DNA of 64,000 bases from an uncultured Candidatus Bathyarchaeia archaeon (GTDB lineage Archaea > Thermoproteota > Bathyarchaeia > Bathyarchaeales > DTEX01): NCBI GenBank assembly GCA_964465575.1, contig CAYXIF010000002.1, positions 10,824-74,823 of the forward strand, read 5' to 3'. Position 1 is the first letter of the stretch. Each line of letters opens with the position of its first letter. A model generated the notes under the pieces. It was not told where the DNA came from. It saw only the letters and a list, made by a program, of their open reading frames with translations, and did not search any database. The translations under genes and the position numbers were made by a program. Below are positions 44,292-54,361 of this stretch, one piece after another.

Positions 44292-46073
44292 TTACCGAAC
44301 ACGCAAGTAGATTTCGCGGCCGTCATATGTCTCCACAATCTGATAGTTGGCCTTCACATAGTCCACGAATTTGGTGAGCCTCTTCAAGCGGCCAGTCCAT
44401 AAGATCACAAGTTTCACATTGTACTCTTTGGTGAATGCGATGACAGTTTCAGAGTTGAGGTAACCGCTACTTATTCTCATGTGGGATGTATCAGCTAGGT
44501 CTGGAGGAACGTCCCTCTCGGCGAAGAAGGCCAGGATTTGCTCATCCGATATTATGTATTCAACGCTACTGGCGTAGGCACGGATTACGCTGACGGCTTG
44601 TATGTAACGAGGGTCGTCCCTTGGTGATGTAAGCCGTGAATCATAGCTTAGAACACCAACAGCTGTGACACCGTAGAACAGTGACTCCACAAGGCTTGCG
44701 ACCACTAATGCCGAGGCTACTAGTCTCCTACGCCTCGCTACTAGAGGCTGCTTTCTGCCACTTTTTTGATTCGTTTCCGAACTCAAACTTGCCTTCTCAG
44801 AAAGCAACCTTGAACCTCGGTTCAGGGGGTTCACAAGCGCCACTCCACCAAGTATCGCTAGGAGCGGAACCAAGATGACTGCCTGATGCATGAAGAAAGC
44901 CTTGTAGTAGAGTAGAAAAGCAAATGTTGCTCCAGTTAGAGCCACGACGAATCTGCCCTCCAACGCCTTCTTGGTTGCGCACAAAACGGCTCCAATGGAA
45001 GCGGTCACGGTCAGTCCCGAATCCATCATAAGCATGCTGTAAATGCTTGCCCCGCGATCCTGCCACGTGCCAGTGTCGGGCTTGGTGAAATGGAAAAGAA
45101 TCATCTGGTCAATAACTTTGTTCAGATTGAAAAACGGCAGAATGAGTAACGGAACAATCACGCCGACCATAAAGAAAGCCAGACCTCTCAGCTCCTTTCT
45201 AGCTACTAGCAGAACCAAAAGAAAAGCAGCAACCATTCCCACGTTCAGTTTCATCATCGCACCCAGGCAGACCAAGACGCCGCTTAGAAAGAGACGTACG
45301 TCGCTCTTGCTTCTGAAGCCGCTAAAGAATAGCCAGAAGCCCAACAGGGCGAAGCTTATAGATGGAACTTCAGCCTGAACCGATCTGCTCATACGCACAA
45401 AATAAGGCGATATCGAGAGAAACAAGGCCGAAGCAAGTCCTGCCTTGTAGTCCTCTATGCTTTTCGCGATGAGGTGAACGCTGACAATCGCAATCATGGA
45501 CGTAAACACTATGAAAAGGCGAGCGAAGAGGATGTCCATTCCGAACAGCTTCAGGAATGCGGCAACGAGTAGGATGAAGTGGGGGGGTTGACTGCTGAAA
45601 ACCTGTGCGTGAGGCAGATTCCCCTTCACGATCATGCGTGCGCTTTCGCAGTAGACTCCCTCATCGTAGTCGTAGATGTACAAGCCGCCGAGGTTGGCAA
45701 CACGCAGATAGGCTGCAACAAGCAGAATCAAGGAAAGGAGCAAGTATTCCATGGGAAGCTTCACAGTTTGCACCAACTCTTCTTCACTCTCTGCTAGTGA
45801 TCCCCAGAAGCTGACGGGGTATTCGTCGCCCCGCCTTAGCCTGTGCCCTCCGACGACATATGAGGATGCGCCTTTGGGCAGCTCTCTTACTTTCATTTTA
45901 TCCAGTGTTGCACCGGTAATGAAATCGAGAGATGACCATTCTGTAGAGCAAGACTTGCATCGCACGTGGCCTTTGATTGCGCTTGTGACATCGTAGCCCG
46001 CGTCTGAACCGCAGAGGGGACACGTTGGGAAGTGTCCAACCATCAGTTCTCTGATTCTTGCTTCAACCGCCAT
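44292..46073 (-). CDS. Membrane glycosyltransferase, family 39 (ArnT/PMT-like), with an N-terminal zinc-ribbon module
   Basis: The N-terminus has CPLCG...CKSC. Then come more than 10 hydrophobic segments, with the first-loop motif IYDYDEGVYCESA (the D-E motif of GT39/GT-C enzymes). There is a soluble C-terminal domain. Confidence 0.65.
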   Translation of the reverse strand: MAVEARIRELMVGHFPTCPLCGSDAGYDVTSAIKGHVRCKSCSTEWSSLDFITGATLDKMKVRELPKGASSYVVGGHRLRRGDEYPVSFWGSLAESEEELVQTVKLPMEYLLLSLILLVAAYLRVANLGGLYIYDYDEGVYCESARMIVKGNLPHAQVFSSQPPHFILLVAAFLKLFGMDILFARLFIVFTSMIAIVSVHLIAKSIEDYKAGLASALFLSISPYFVRMSRSVQAEVPSISFALLGFWLFFSGFRSKSDVRLFLSGVLVCLGAMMKLNVGMVAAFLLVLLVARKELRGLAFFMVGVIVPLLILPFFNLNKVIDQMILFHFTKPDTGTWQDRGASIYSMLMMDSGLTVTASIGAVLCATKKALEGRFVVALTGATFAFLLYYKAFFMHQAVILVPLLAILGGVALVNPLNRGSRLLSEKASLSSETNQKSGRKQPLVARRRRLVASALVVASLVESLFYGVTAVGVLSYDSRLTSPRDDPRYIQAVSVIRAYASSVEYIISDEQILAFFAERDVPPDLADTSHMRISSGYLNSETVIAFTKEYNVKLVILWTGRLKRLTKFVDYVKANYQIVETYDGREIYLRVR

Positions 46074-46256
46074 GAAACATCTACGCCTTATCTGTCGATT
46101 GAAATCAATTTAACTTTTGCTTTTCGATTCAACGCCTTGATATGTTCCAGTCGGAGGAGACTCGATACGTGGCTCACGTTTATCTTTGGGTGTTCATAAT
46201 CTATCTGTCCAGATGGCCCGAGTCCTGGTGCGCGTTTTGATGGTGGTTGTTACTGA

Positions 46257-47801
46257 ATGAAGCTCAAAGCGAAGTCTCTTGGTCTTGAGGCTGGTGGGAA
46301 ATCCGTCATTGTTCTGAACCGCGAAGACGCTGAGGACCTTAGCGTTTCAAGCTTAGAGAGAGTAAGAGTCAGAGCTAAAGGGATTGAGGTGGTTGCGATC
46401 GTGAATACTGCGGCCAAGCTCATCAACCAAGGTACGATAGGAGTCTACGAGGAGGTCAAGAGCAGCCTAAGCCTTAGAGAAGGCGACGAAGTCGACATCC
46501 AGATCGCGCCCCCACCTGCTTCAGTCTACCACATCAGGAACAAGTTGACAAGAAGGAAACTCACATATGAGGAGATTCTTGAGATCGTCACTGACGCTGT
46601 GAAAGGGAGGCTCAGCGAGATCGAGCTCACATCTTTCGTCACGGCACTTCACGCATTCGGCTTGGACCTTGACGAGGCGACAAGTCTTGCCCGAGCCATG
46701 GTAAAGACAGGAAACGTCCTTGACCTAGACAAAACATTGATCGTCGACAAACACTCAATCGGAGGCGTCCCTGGAGACAAGACAACCCTTCTTATTGTCC
46801 CCATCGTTGCAGCGGTGGGTCTGACCATCCCGAAATCCTCGTCCAGAGCCATAACCTCCGCAGCCGGTACAGCAGACAGAGCTGAGGTTCTAATGCCCGT
46901 CAGCTTGGACCTTGATGAAATGCGGAGGGTTGTTGAGAAGACTGATGGTTGCATAGTCTGGGGAGGATCATTGTATTTGGCTCCGGCGGATGACATTTTT
47001 GTCAGGGTTGAGCATCCTCTCTCAATCGATCCGCTTCTTCTGCCTTCGATCATGAGCAAGAAGAAAGCGGTTGGCGCGAACCTGCTAGTCGTGGATATCC
47101 CAACGGGAAGAGGCACCAAGGTCAAGACGATTGGTGAAGCTGACCTCTTGGCCAAGGACTTCATGGAGCTTGGACGCCGCCTCGACGTCAAGGTTCAGTG
47201 CGCCGTAACGTACGGCGAGCAGCCTGTGGGCTGCACGATTGGACCAGCCTTGGAGGCTAAGGAAGCCCTTGCAGCATTGACCAGAAAGACCGACATGCTC
47301 GACTTGGTGGACAAGGCGGCTAGCCTAGCTGGGATACTGCTCGACATAAGTGGGAAAGGCGGCGGAAAAGCATCTGCCCTAGAAGTCCTGAGATCTGGCA
47401 AGGCCGAGAAGAAACTTCGGGAGATCATAGCAGCACAAGGAGGAGACCCAGACATCGAACCCGAAGACATACCAGTTGGAGACAAGACATTCACTGTCCA
47501 CTCTGAAAAGGATGGGCATGTTCTCTGGGTTAACAACGCCGCACTTGTTGAGACTGCCAGGCTTGCCGGCGCACCAAAAGACAAGGGAGCAGGTGTCTGC
47601 CTCCACAAGAAGATCGGCGACCATGTGGAGAAGCATGATGCCCTGCTGACCGTCTACGCTGAGAGCGGCGTGAAGCTACAAAGAGCTCTCGAGGAACTAG
47701 AGAAGGCGTACGCTCTTGGCGTGGGCGACAGGATGGAGATGCTCATCCACGAGATCAAAGAGAGACCAGTCACAAGGAAGACGCTTCCCATTGAACGGTG
47801 A
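46257..47801 (+). CDS. deoA: AMP phosphorylase (archaeal thymidine-phosphorylase family)
   Basis: An N-terminal extra domain (MKLKAKSLGLEAGGKSVIVLNREDAEDL) precedes a thymidine phosphorylase core (DKHSIGGVPGDKTT, SSRAITSAAGTAD). Confidence 0.8.
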   Translation: MKLKAKSLGLEAGGKSVIVLNREDAEDLSVSSLERVRVRAKGIEVVAIVNTAAKLINQGTIGVYEEVKSSLSLREGDEVDIQIAPPPASVYHIRNKLTRRKLTYEEILEIVTDAVKGRLSEIELTSFVTALHAFGLDLDEATSLARAMVKTGNVLDLDKTLIVDKHSIGGVPGDKTTLLIVPIVAAVGLTIPKSSSRAITSAAGTADRAEVLMPVSLDLDEMRRVVEKTDGCIVWGGSLYLAPADDIFVRVEHPLSIDPLLLPSIMSKKKAVGANLLVVDIPTGRGTKVKTIGEADLLAKDFMELGRRLDVKVQCAVTYGEQPVGCTIGPALEAKEALAALTRKTDMLDLVDKAASLAGILLDISGKGGGKASALEVLRSGKAEKKLREIIAAQGGDPDIEPEDIPVGDKTFTVHSEKDGHVLWVNNAALVETARLAGAPKDKGAGVCLHKKIGDHVEKHDALLTVYAESGVKLQRALEELEKAYALGVGDRMEMLIHEIKERPVTRKTLPIER

Positions 47802-47818
47802 CAGCGGAAGCGGGCGCC

Positions 47819-48535
47819 ATGATAAAAGCCGTCACGTTCGACATGTGGAACACTCTGGTCCAAGACATAGACTACACTGAACCAAGAGTCCAGTACCTGC
47901 TGTCGGCCCTGAAAACGGCGAACACCCCAAGAAGCCATGACCAAGTGAAAGGCGTATACAGCTCGTCATATGAGTATGCTCGCAAAGTCTCAAGAAACGA
48001 AAACTACCGTTACGTGACAACTGAAGAAAGGCTCGGATATATTCTGAAGAGGCTTTCCGCTGAGCTGACTGAAGACTTGAAGGCGGATGTTCTTAGAGCG
48101 TTTGAAGAGGTCGCTGGCACAGATCCTCCACCCCTTGCCAAAGGAGTTTCAGAGACCCTTGGCCAGCTGAGATCGGACTACCGGATGGGCATAGTAAGTG
48201 ACAGCGGACTGACCCCGGGCAGAGTCTTGAAGAAGGTCCTTTTGAGTCACAGGATCCTAGGCTTCTTTGATTCAACCGTCTTCTCGAATGAGGTCGGATA
48301 CAACAAGCCCCACAATGCGATGTTCGAAAGAGCTCTTGCCGCCTTGGACGTGAAGCCACACGAAGCCGTTCATTTGGGAGACCTGTTGCACACAGACATC
48401 GTAGGGGCAAAAGGGGCTGGAATGAAGGCAGTCTGGCTCAACAATGGCCAGATGGTTAACGCTGGGCCCTGCTTCCCCGACAGTGAAATCCGAGCATTCT
48501 CAGAGATGGTCAACGCCCTTCGCAGAATCAGCTGA
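47819..48535 (+). CDS. HAD-superfamily hydrolase (subfamily IA-like)
   Basis: Motif I reads FDMWNTL, with the second Asp position occupied by Trp. Later motifs are SDSG and GDLLHTDIVGAKGAG. ATG at 47819 was chosen; the track starts at GTG 47798. Confidence 0.7.
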   Translation: MIKAVTFDMWNTLVQDIDYTEPRVQYLLSALKTANTPRSHDQVKGVYSSSYEYARKVSRNENYRYVTTEERLGYILKRLSAELTEDLKADVLRAFEEVAGTDPPPLAKGVSETLGQLRSDYRMGIVSDSGLTPGRVLKKVLLSHRILGFFDSTVFSNEVGYNKPHNAMFERALAALDVKPHEAVHLGDLLHTDIVGAKGAGMKAVWLNNGQMVNAGPCFPDSEIRAFSEMVNALRRIS

Positions 48536-48537
48536 TC

Positions 48538-49164
48538 TCAGATTGCATGTTCTGAAAGTATTTTCAGCCCGATGATCATCAGGACCAAGCCGCCGGCGAC
48601 CTCAACCTTGCTTCCCAAGGAACGCCCAACCCTGTTACCGATGTAGACACCGATGAAGGACAAGAGAAATGTGATGATACCCGTCACGATGACCGGGATC
48701 AGAATTGTAGCCCTTAGGAATGCAAGTCCCACGCCCACAGCCAGCGCGTCGATGCTTGTGGCGATTGACAGGATAAGCAAGGTGTGAAAACTCAGGTGAT
48801 CACCATCTTTCCTGGTCTTCCCACCTCCCGCCGACCTATAGATCATCGTACAGCCTACTAGACAAAGTAGCCCAAAGGCTATCCAGTGGTCTACGCCAAA
48901 GATTAGGTCGGCTGCTATGATTCCTCCTAGCCATCCTATTGCAGGCATAAGCATCTGGAAGAAGCCGAACGACCCGCCGAACTTTAGAGCGTTGCCCAGT
49001 TTCGAGTTTCTTGTTGCCAGACCATTCGCAATTGAGACTGAGAAGGCATCCATCGCCAAACCTAACGCTATGCCCAGGATCGTTAAAGGATCCGTTTGCC
49101 AACACTCTCTGGCAGGTGTATTGCGCCTTAGAAGAGAACTGGCGCTTATAAGGACTTCTGTCAA
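48538..49164 (-). CDS. mntP: Manganese efflux pump MntP family protein
   Basis: Has two DUF204-type repeats, including GIALGLAMDAFSVSIANG and LSIATSIDALAVGVGLA. Confidence 0.7.
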   Translation of the reverse strand: MTEVLISASSLLRRNTPARECWQTDPLTILGIALGLAMDAFSVSIANGLATRNSKLGNALKFGGSFGFFQMLMPAIGWLGGIIAADLIFGVDHWIAFGLLCLVGCTMIYRSAGGGKTRKDGDHLSFHTLLILSIATSIDALAVGVGLAFLRATILIPVIVTGIITFLLSFIGVYIGNRVGRSLGSKVEVAGGLVLMIIGLKILSEHAI

Positions 49165-49238
49165 AACGCACCATGTCCCACCTGATCTTCAGATAAGGAT
49201 ATTTCCTAAACCAGCCATTCTAGAGCTGTACCCGGCTA

Positions 49239-50504
49239 GTGCAAGGCTGGATGGTAATGCAGGAAAGGCTCTTCAAGGTCACCGCAGCCGAGCGTCGACG
49301 AAACCTCTGTTCCCTTTGCCTAGGGCACAAAAGGCTTTGCGGCAAACCCGTTTGCCCAATACTCGCCAAGGCTGAGACGTTAATGGGTCTTGAGAAGAGC
49401 CTTTCCAAGGAGAACATATTTGGATCTTCGCCGCCTGCGGTGTTTGTGGGTGCTTGGAACTACCCAAAGGTTTTGGCTGGACCTCTGGTTCCGCCTATTC
49501 TTTCTGTTGACTCGTCAATCATGGATCTGCCCGAGTTGTGGCTCGACAAGTCAATGGACGAGATCCTTCGCTACCGGTTCACACTTGTGAGGGGAAAACA
49601 CTCAGTGGATGTCAAATCGGCAAGAACCCCTGGCCGACTCCTTTCAACGTCCCAAGAAATCGTCATGGCGGCCCAGCCAACCGACACTGAGATGTGGTTC
49701 GCAAAGAAGCCCAGTCTGAGTATGATCTTCTCACCGCGGGAAGCTCCGTCAGGCCCCTCCGCTGTCATCAGAAGAGCGATCGTTGCCGAGAACCCAAAGG
49801 TTCCGAAACCTATTGACAGAGTTGTCTCCGACACAGACATGAAGGCTACGGATGGGCTCGTAAGCCTATACAACTCCGACATCAGTCAACGCCAGATCAC
49901 GAGGATGCTTTCGATTGGGCTTCTTGGAACGAAGAGGCGGAGGCGCCTAGTCCCAACAGAGTGGAGCATAACAGCGGTCGATGACGTTCTAGCAAGGAGC
50001 ATTTACAAGGAAATCCTCGGCTATTCTTGGGTAAACAAGTTCATGGTCTTTGGACATGAGGCTCTCGGCAACAACGTTCAAATCCTACTCCTCCCGTCAT
50101 CCTGGATGTTCGAGGCCCAAGAGGTCTGGCTAGTCTCCTCCAACCCGATTCCAAGCGTCGACTATGAGCTCGTTTGGGGTCGCAGCTCATACGCTGGGAA
50201 CCTTGCTGGAGCATACTACGCGGCTCGCCTGCCAGTTCTGGAGTATCTCGGAAGAATCGCAAGACAGGCCGGAGCCTTGGTCCTTATGGAAGTCTATCCT
50301 GAGTGGATTCCACTTGGCGTCTGGAGGTTCAGAGAGATCTGTCGAGAAGCCCTGAGAAAAAAGCCGCTTATCTTTGACACACTTGAGGATGGCCTCATAG
50401 AGCTTCGAAAGAGACTGAGACTTCCCTTGGAGAGGTGGCTTGAGAGAAGCCGAATTCTGCCTTGGCAAAAGCAACAGACTAGACTGACAACCTTCTTACG
50501 GTGA
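49239..50504 (+). CDS. Nre-family (DUF650/DUF651) archaeal DNA-repair-associated protein
   Basis: The N-terminal CSLCLGHKRLCGKPVCPIL Cys motif and overall length fit Nre. The start among three nearby Met codons is uncertain. Confidence 0.65.
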   Translation: MQGWMVMQERLFKVTAAERRRNLCSLCLGHKRLCGKPVCPILAKAETLMGLEKSLSKENIFGSSPPAVFVGAWNYPKVLAGPLVPPILSVDSSIMDLPELWLDKSMDEILRYRFTLVRGKHSVDVKSARTPGRLLSTSQEIVMAAQPTDTEMWFAKKPSLSMIFSPREAPSGPSAVIRRAIVAENPKVPKPIDRVVSDTDMKATDGLVSLYNSDISQRQITRMLSIGLLGTKRRRRLVPTEWSITAVDDVLARSIYKEILGYSWVNKFMVFGHEALGNNVQILLLPSSWMFEAQEVWLVSSNPIPSVDYELVWGRSSYAGNLAGAYYAARLPVLEYLGRIARQAGALVLMEVYPEWIPLGVWRFREICREALRKKPLIFDTLEDGLIELRKRLRLPLERWLERSRILPWQKQQTRLTTFLR

Positions 50505-50568
50505 AGACTCAAGGGACCTGGTCTGTCCTTATATAGATCAAGATGAATTTAACCAACGTGGACTGAAG

Positions 50569-51741
50569 ATGATGACTCCAAGAGAGAGAATCCAAGCCGC
50601 CATCAATTTCCGCAAGCCTGATGCTCTTCCTTGGTGCGAGAAGTTCTACGATGAGACCATTGTCAAATGGCTGAAAGAAGGGCTACCGGCCGACAAAGTC
50701 ACCGTCATCGACTGGGAGGTCAGAACTGGAAGCGTATCACTTCTTAACTGGCCAATAGTGAAGGGGTTCGATCCGTACAACTACTTCGGATGCTCCAACT
50801 TCAGCGGCCTTTCAGTTCCCCTCGATCTTGGTCCTATTCCCAGATTCAGTCAGAGAGTTCTTGCGGAGACTGACAGGCACGTCGATACTTTGACGCAAAC
50901 AGGAGCTGTCGAGAGGCGGTTCAAGCAAGCCGAGTACATATGGTACAATATGCCGATGTTTCTCAGCTTCCCCGTCAAAGACCAGAAGACGTGGAACGAG
51001 TACAAGAAACGCCTCGACCCGTGCGACGTGAGAAGGTACCCAAAAGACTGGGAAAAAGACCCCTACATCGAAAGCTTCGAGAAGTACCAGACAGGCGGAA
51101 CAGCCCTAGCCATCAGCGGCTTCTACGGTTTCGGAGCCCAACTAATGGGAGTACCCGCCTTCCTCTCAGCCTTCTACAAAGACCCCGTTCTCGTCGAGGA
51201 TATGGCAGAGCATTGGGAACACTTCACAGTGGAAGCAGTGACAAACGCGGTTGAGACGCTGAGGGACAGAATAGACCTAGTGTTCTGGTGGGAGGACCTA
51301 GCTGAAAGGCACGGTCCATGCATATCCCCCAAGCTCTATCGCGAGCTTCTTCTCCCAAGGTACAGGAGGGTTACAGGCTTCTTCAGAAAGAACAAGATCG
51401 ATCGAATACTAATGGACAGCGACGGGAACATAGGCCCCCTACTCGATCTGATTGTAGAGGCAGGGATCACCGGTCTCTGGCCACTTGAGGTCAATGCTGG
51501 AATGGACGCAAAGATGGTGAAGAGGAAGTTTGGGGACAAGCTCTTCCTTGTTGGGAACTTGGACAAGAGGAAACTGGCAGAGGGCGGGGAAAGGATGAGG
51601 AACGAAGTCGACTCCAGATTGCCAGAACTCAAGCAAGCTGGCGGCTACATACCAAGCGCAGACCATCTGATCCATGTCGAGTTCACCTTGAAGAGGTTTG
51701 AGGAATACGCAGCCTACGTGAAGAGTAAGCTAGCCTACTAG
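50569..51741 (+). CDS. URO-D family protein, MtaA/CmuA-like methyltransferase paralogue 3
   Basis: Has TPRERIQAAINFRKPDALP at the N-terminus, WWEDLAERHGPCISP, MDSDGNIGPLLDLIVEAGITGLWPLE, and GGYIPSADHLI. Confidence 0.7.
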   Translation: MMTPRERIQAAINFRKPDALPWCEKFYDETIVKWLKEGLPADKVTVIDWEVRTGSVSLLNWPIVKGFDPYNYFGCSNFSGLSVPLDLGPIPRFSQRVLAETDRHVDTLTQTGAVERRFKQAEYIWYNMPMFLSFPVKDQKTWNEYKKRLDPCDVRRYPKDWEKDPYIESFEKYQTGGTALAISGFYGFGAQLMGVPAFLSAFYKDPVLVEDMAEHWEHFTVEAVTNAVETLRDRIDLVFWWEDLAERHGPCISPKLYRELLLPRYRRVTGFFRKNKIDRILMDSDGNIGPLLDLIVEAGITGLWPLEVNAGMDAKMVKRKFGDKLFLVGNLDKRKLAEGGERMRNEVDSRLPELKQAGGYIPSADHLIHVEFTLKRFEEYAAYVKSKLAY

Positions 51742-51804
51742 ACCAGCAAGAAGATGCTTCCGGAGGGTCAAGATTTATCTGCGCGTACGGCTAACGGGGC
51801 TCTT

Positions 51805-52098
51805 ATGAGCAGACGGCACATCTCCCGCGAAGAGGTTGAGCACGTCGCTTGGCTCGCTCACGTAGAGCTAACCGAGAACGAGAAGGCGCTTTTCACTAGA
51901 CAGTTCAACAGGATCCTTGACTACTTCAAGAAGATTGCCGAAGCAGACACAGAGAACTTGCCCCCAACCTACCACGTTCTCGACTTGGCCAATGTGTTTC
52001 GTTGCGACGAGACTCGGGAATCCCTGTCAAGAGAGGAGACTCTCAAGAACGCTCCAAGGAAGGAGGAGGGCTTCTTCAGATCGCCCAGAATAGTGTGA
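51805..52098 (+). CDS. gatC: Asp/Glu-tRNA amidotransferase subunit C
   Basis: Has ISREEVEHVAWLAHVELTENEKALFTRQFNRILDYF. It lies immediately upstream of gatA. ATG at 51805 was chosen; the track ORF starts at 51754. Confidence 0.75.
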   Translation: MSRRHISREEVEHVAWLAHVELTENEKALFTRQFNRILDYFKKIAEADTENLPPTYHVLDLANVFRCDETRESLSREETLKNAPRKEEGFFRSPRIV

Positions 52099-52122
52099 TC
52101 GAAACGGGAAGGAGGGCGGCCC

Positions 52123-53583
52123 ATGGTCAAGCCGTACGAGATGACAGCCGCAGAAGCTGCAGATAGAATCAAGAGTCAGGAGTTGTCAGCCGAAGAGTAC
52201 ATTGCTTCTCTGCTGGAGAGAGTCCACCAAGTAGACGAGAAGATCCACGCTTTCGTAACAGTGATCGAGGAGGCCAAAAGGAAGGCAAGAGATGTCGATC
52301 GAAGAGTTCGTAGGCGGGAGAAGTTGGGTTTCCTTGCTGGTGTTGCCCTGGCCGTGAAAGACAACATTAGCACTAGAGGAGTACGCACGACATGCTCCTC
52401 TCGGATGCTCAAGGACTACTTTCCGCCGTATGATGCGACGGTCTTGGAGAAACTGAAAACCTGTGACGCCATTATTATAGGCAAGACGAACATGGATGAG
52501 TTCGCAATGGGAACAACCACCGAGACCAGCTACTTCGGAACCACACATAACCCTTGGGATTCTCAGAAAGTGCCAGGCGGATCATCCGGGGGGAGCGCAG
52601 CAGCTGTGGTAGCCGATGAAGCCTCGCTCGCTTTGGGTTCCGACACAGGAGGCTCAATAAGGTGTCCGGCTAGCTACTGCTCTACGGTTGGACTGAAGCC
52701 CACGTACGGGCTTGTCAGCCGGTTCGGACTCATCTCATACGCTAACAGCCTTGAGCAGATAGGTCCCTTGACGAAGACAGTACATGACTGTGCCTTGCTT
52801 CTCTCGGCGCTATGCGGCCACGATCCAAGAGACACCACTTCTGCTAGCATTCCGCCCATGGACTACACGGCTTTCCTCCAATCCAACACAGAAGGGCTCA
52901 GGATAGGTGTGCCCACCGAATTCCTAGGTGAAGGCGTCGAAGACGAGGTCAAGAAGACCGTCTGGACGGCCATACATAAGTTTGAAAGCCTCGGCGTTTC
53001 CTATGAGGAGCTTTCCCTTCCCAGCATGAGCTACGCTTTAGCGGCGTACTATGTCGTCGCGATGTCTGAGGCAAGCTCCAATCTGGCACGTTACGACGGT
53101 ATCCGCTATGGTTGTCGGAACAGAAAGGACGAGGGAGACTGGCCAACCGTTTACGCCAAGAACCGCAGACGTGGATTCGGACCCGAAGTCCGAAGGCGCC
53201 TAATCCTCGGAACATATGCACTATCGGCTGGCTACTATGACCAGTACTATTTGAAGGCTCTGAAGGTCCGAACTCTCATCCGCCGCGACTTCGAGAAAGC
53301 GCTAAGAGAATACGATGTTCTTGTTGGGCCAACGATGCCTTTGTTGCCTTTCGATATCGGGGAAAAGATCGATGACCCCCTAACGTTGTACACATGCGAT
53401 GTACTTACGGTTCCGGCGAACCTCACAGGCAACCCGGCGATCTCCATACCATGTGGATTCAGCAAGGGACTACCGATCGGGCTGCAGATGATAGGCAGAC
53501 CCTTCGACGAGGGCACAATACTAAGAGCCGCGTACGCCTTCGAACAGAACACTGACCACCACGAAAGAAGACCTAGCATTTGA
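52123..53583 (+). CDS. gatA: Asp/Glu-tRNA amidotransferase subunit A
   Basis: Has the amidase signature GGSSGGSAAAV plus KDNI...TTCSS and GSDTGGSIR. Confidence 0.9.
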   Translation: MVKPYEMTAAEAADRIKSQELSAEEYIASLLERVHQVDEKIHAFVTVIEEAKRKARDVDRRVRRREKLGFLAGVALAVKDNISTRGVRTTCSSRMLKDYFPPYDATVLEKLKTCDAIIIGKTNMDEFAMGTTTETSYFGTTHNPWDSQKVPGGSSGGSAAAVVADEASLALGSDTGGSIRCPASYCSTVGLKPTYGLVSRFGLISYANSLEQIGPLTKTVHDCALLLSALCGHDPRDTTSASIPPMDYTAFLQSNTEGLRIGVPTEFLGEGVEDEVKKTVWTAIHKFESLGVSYEELSLPSMSYALAAYYVVAMSEASSNLARYDGIRYGCRNRKDEGDWPTVYAKNRRRGFGPEVRRRLILGTYALSAGYYDQYYLKALKVRTLIRRDFEKALREYDVLVGPTMPLLPFDIGEKIDDPLTLYTCDVLTVPANLTGNPAISIPCGFSKGLPIGLQMIGRPFDEGTILRAAYAFEQNTDHHERRPSI

Positions 53584-53677
53584 ACCGGCCAAGCGGACAC
53601 CCTTTCCACTTCTGAAACATGGATAAGCTTCATAAGCGGGAAAGGGCACACGGTAGTCCGCCTGGGGGCGGGAAAGA

Positions 53678-54118
53678 TTGAGCAAGAGCAGAATAGACTA
53701 TCCCAGAAACTATGTACTAAGGATCACAAAGGAAGAATGGTACAGGCAGGTATACACGATCAAGAAGTACTATCCGGGCGTACGACGGCGTTGGGACCCA
53801 AGCGGCACGATCCTCCTAGTCCGCAAGCCAGAGAAGACGGACTCTTTCATTGGGTATGGCATCGTGGGAGACTTCACCAAGAAAGATCAGCTGCCAGAAG
53901 AGAAAAGGCAGGAGTGTGTCAAGATGGGCTGGAGAGGCGAGATAGCATTCAAGGAGCTGTACAAGTTTGACCCTCCGCTTCCAATCAAGGACACGGCGTT
54001 AGGCGGTTTGGGGGCCAAAGGCAAAATTCTTCAAGGATACCCCCTTACCAATGAGCAGGTGCAGTCTGTCCTAGACACCGCTAAAGGAAGAGTCTCATTC
54101 ATCAAAGCTCAAACTTAA
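53678..54118 (+). CDS. Hypothetical protein (146 aa)
   Basis: ORF with a TTG start. No motif recognised with confidence; a PUA/ASCH-like fold is only a guess. Confidence 0.4.
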   Translation: MSKSRIDYPRNYVLRITKEEWYRQVYTIKKYYPGVRRRWDPSGTILLVRKPEKTDSFIGYGIVGDFTKKDQLPEEKRQECVKMGWRGEIAFKELYKFDPPLPIKDTALGGLGAKGKILQGYPLTNEQVQSVLDTAKGRVSFIKAQT

Positions 54119-54361
54119 ATACCGTTCTTCCAGCACAAAGCGTGACTTTTCGCATCCAACCGCGCACTCATACTACTGGAACACAATCCTTCTTGCGCCA
54201 GGCCTCTTCAAGGTTACAGGGGCGTCGTTGCTCGTGGCGATGCATTTGACCACAGGCGAAACACCATTGTAGCCTCATAGACACAATGAGGCTTAACTGC
54301 ATCTTTATATGCGTGGGAAGTCATACGGTTCTCATGAGGCTAGAAGGCAAGGAGGGTGGAA

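Noticed and set aside
53604-53672. Inverted repeats after gatA: CCCTTTCC...GGAAAGGG with a ~30-nt loop, and CCGCC-TGGG-GGCGG.
   Set aside because: These are plausibly terminator- or leader-type structures, but they are short and not distinctive. Nothing beyond ordinary intergenic secondary structure can be supported.
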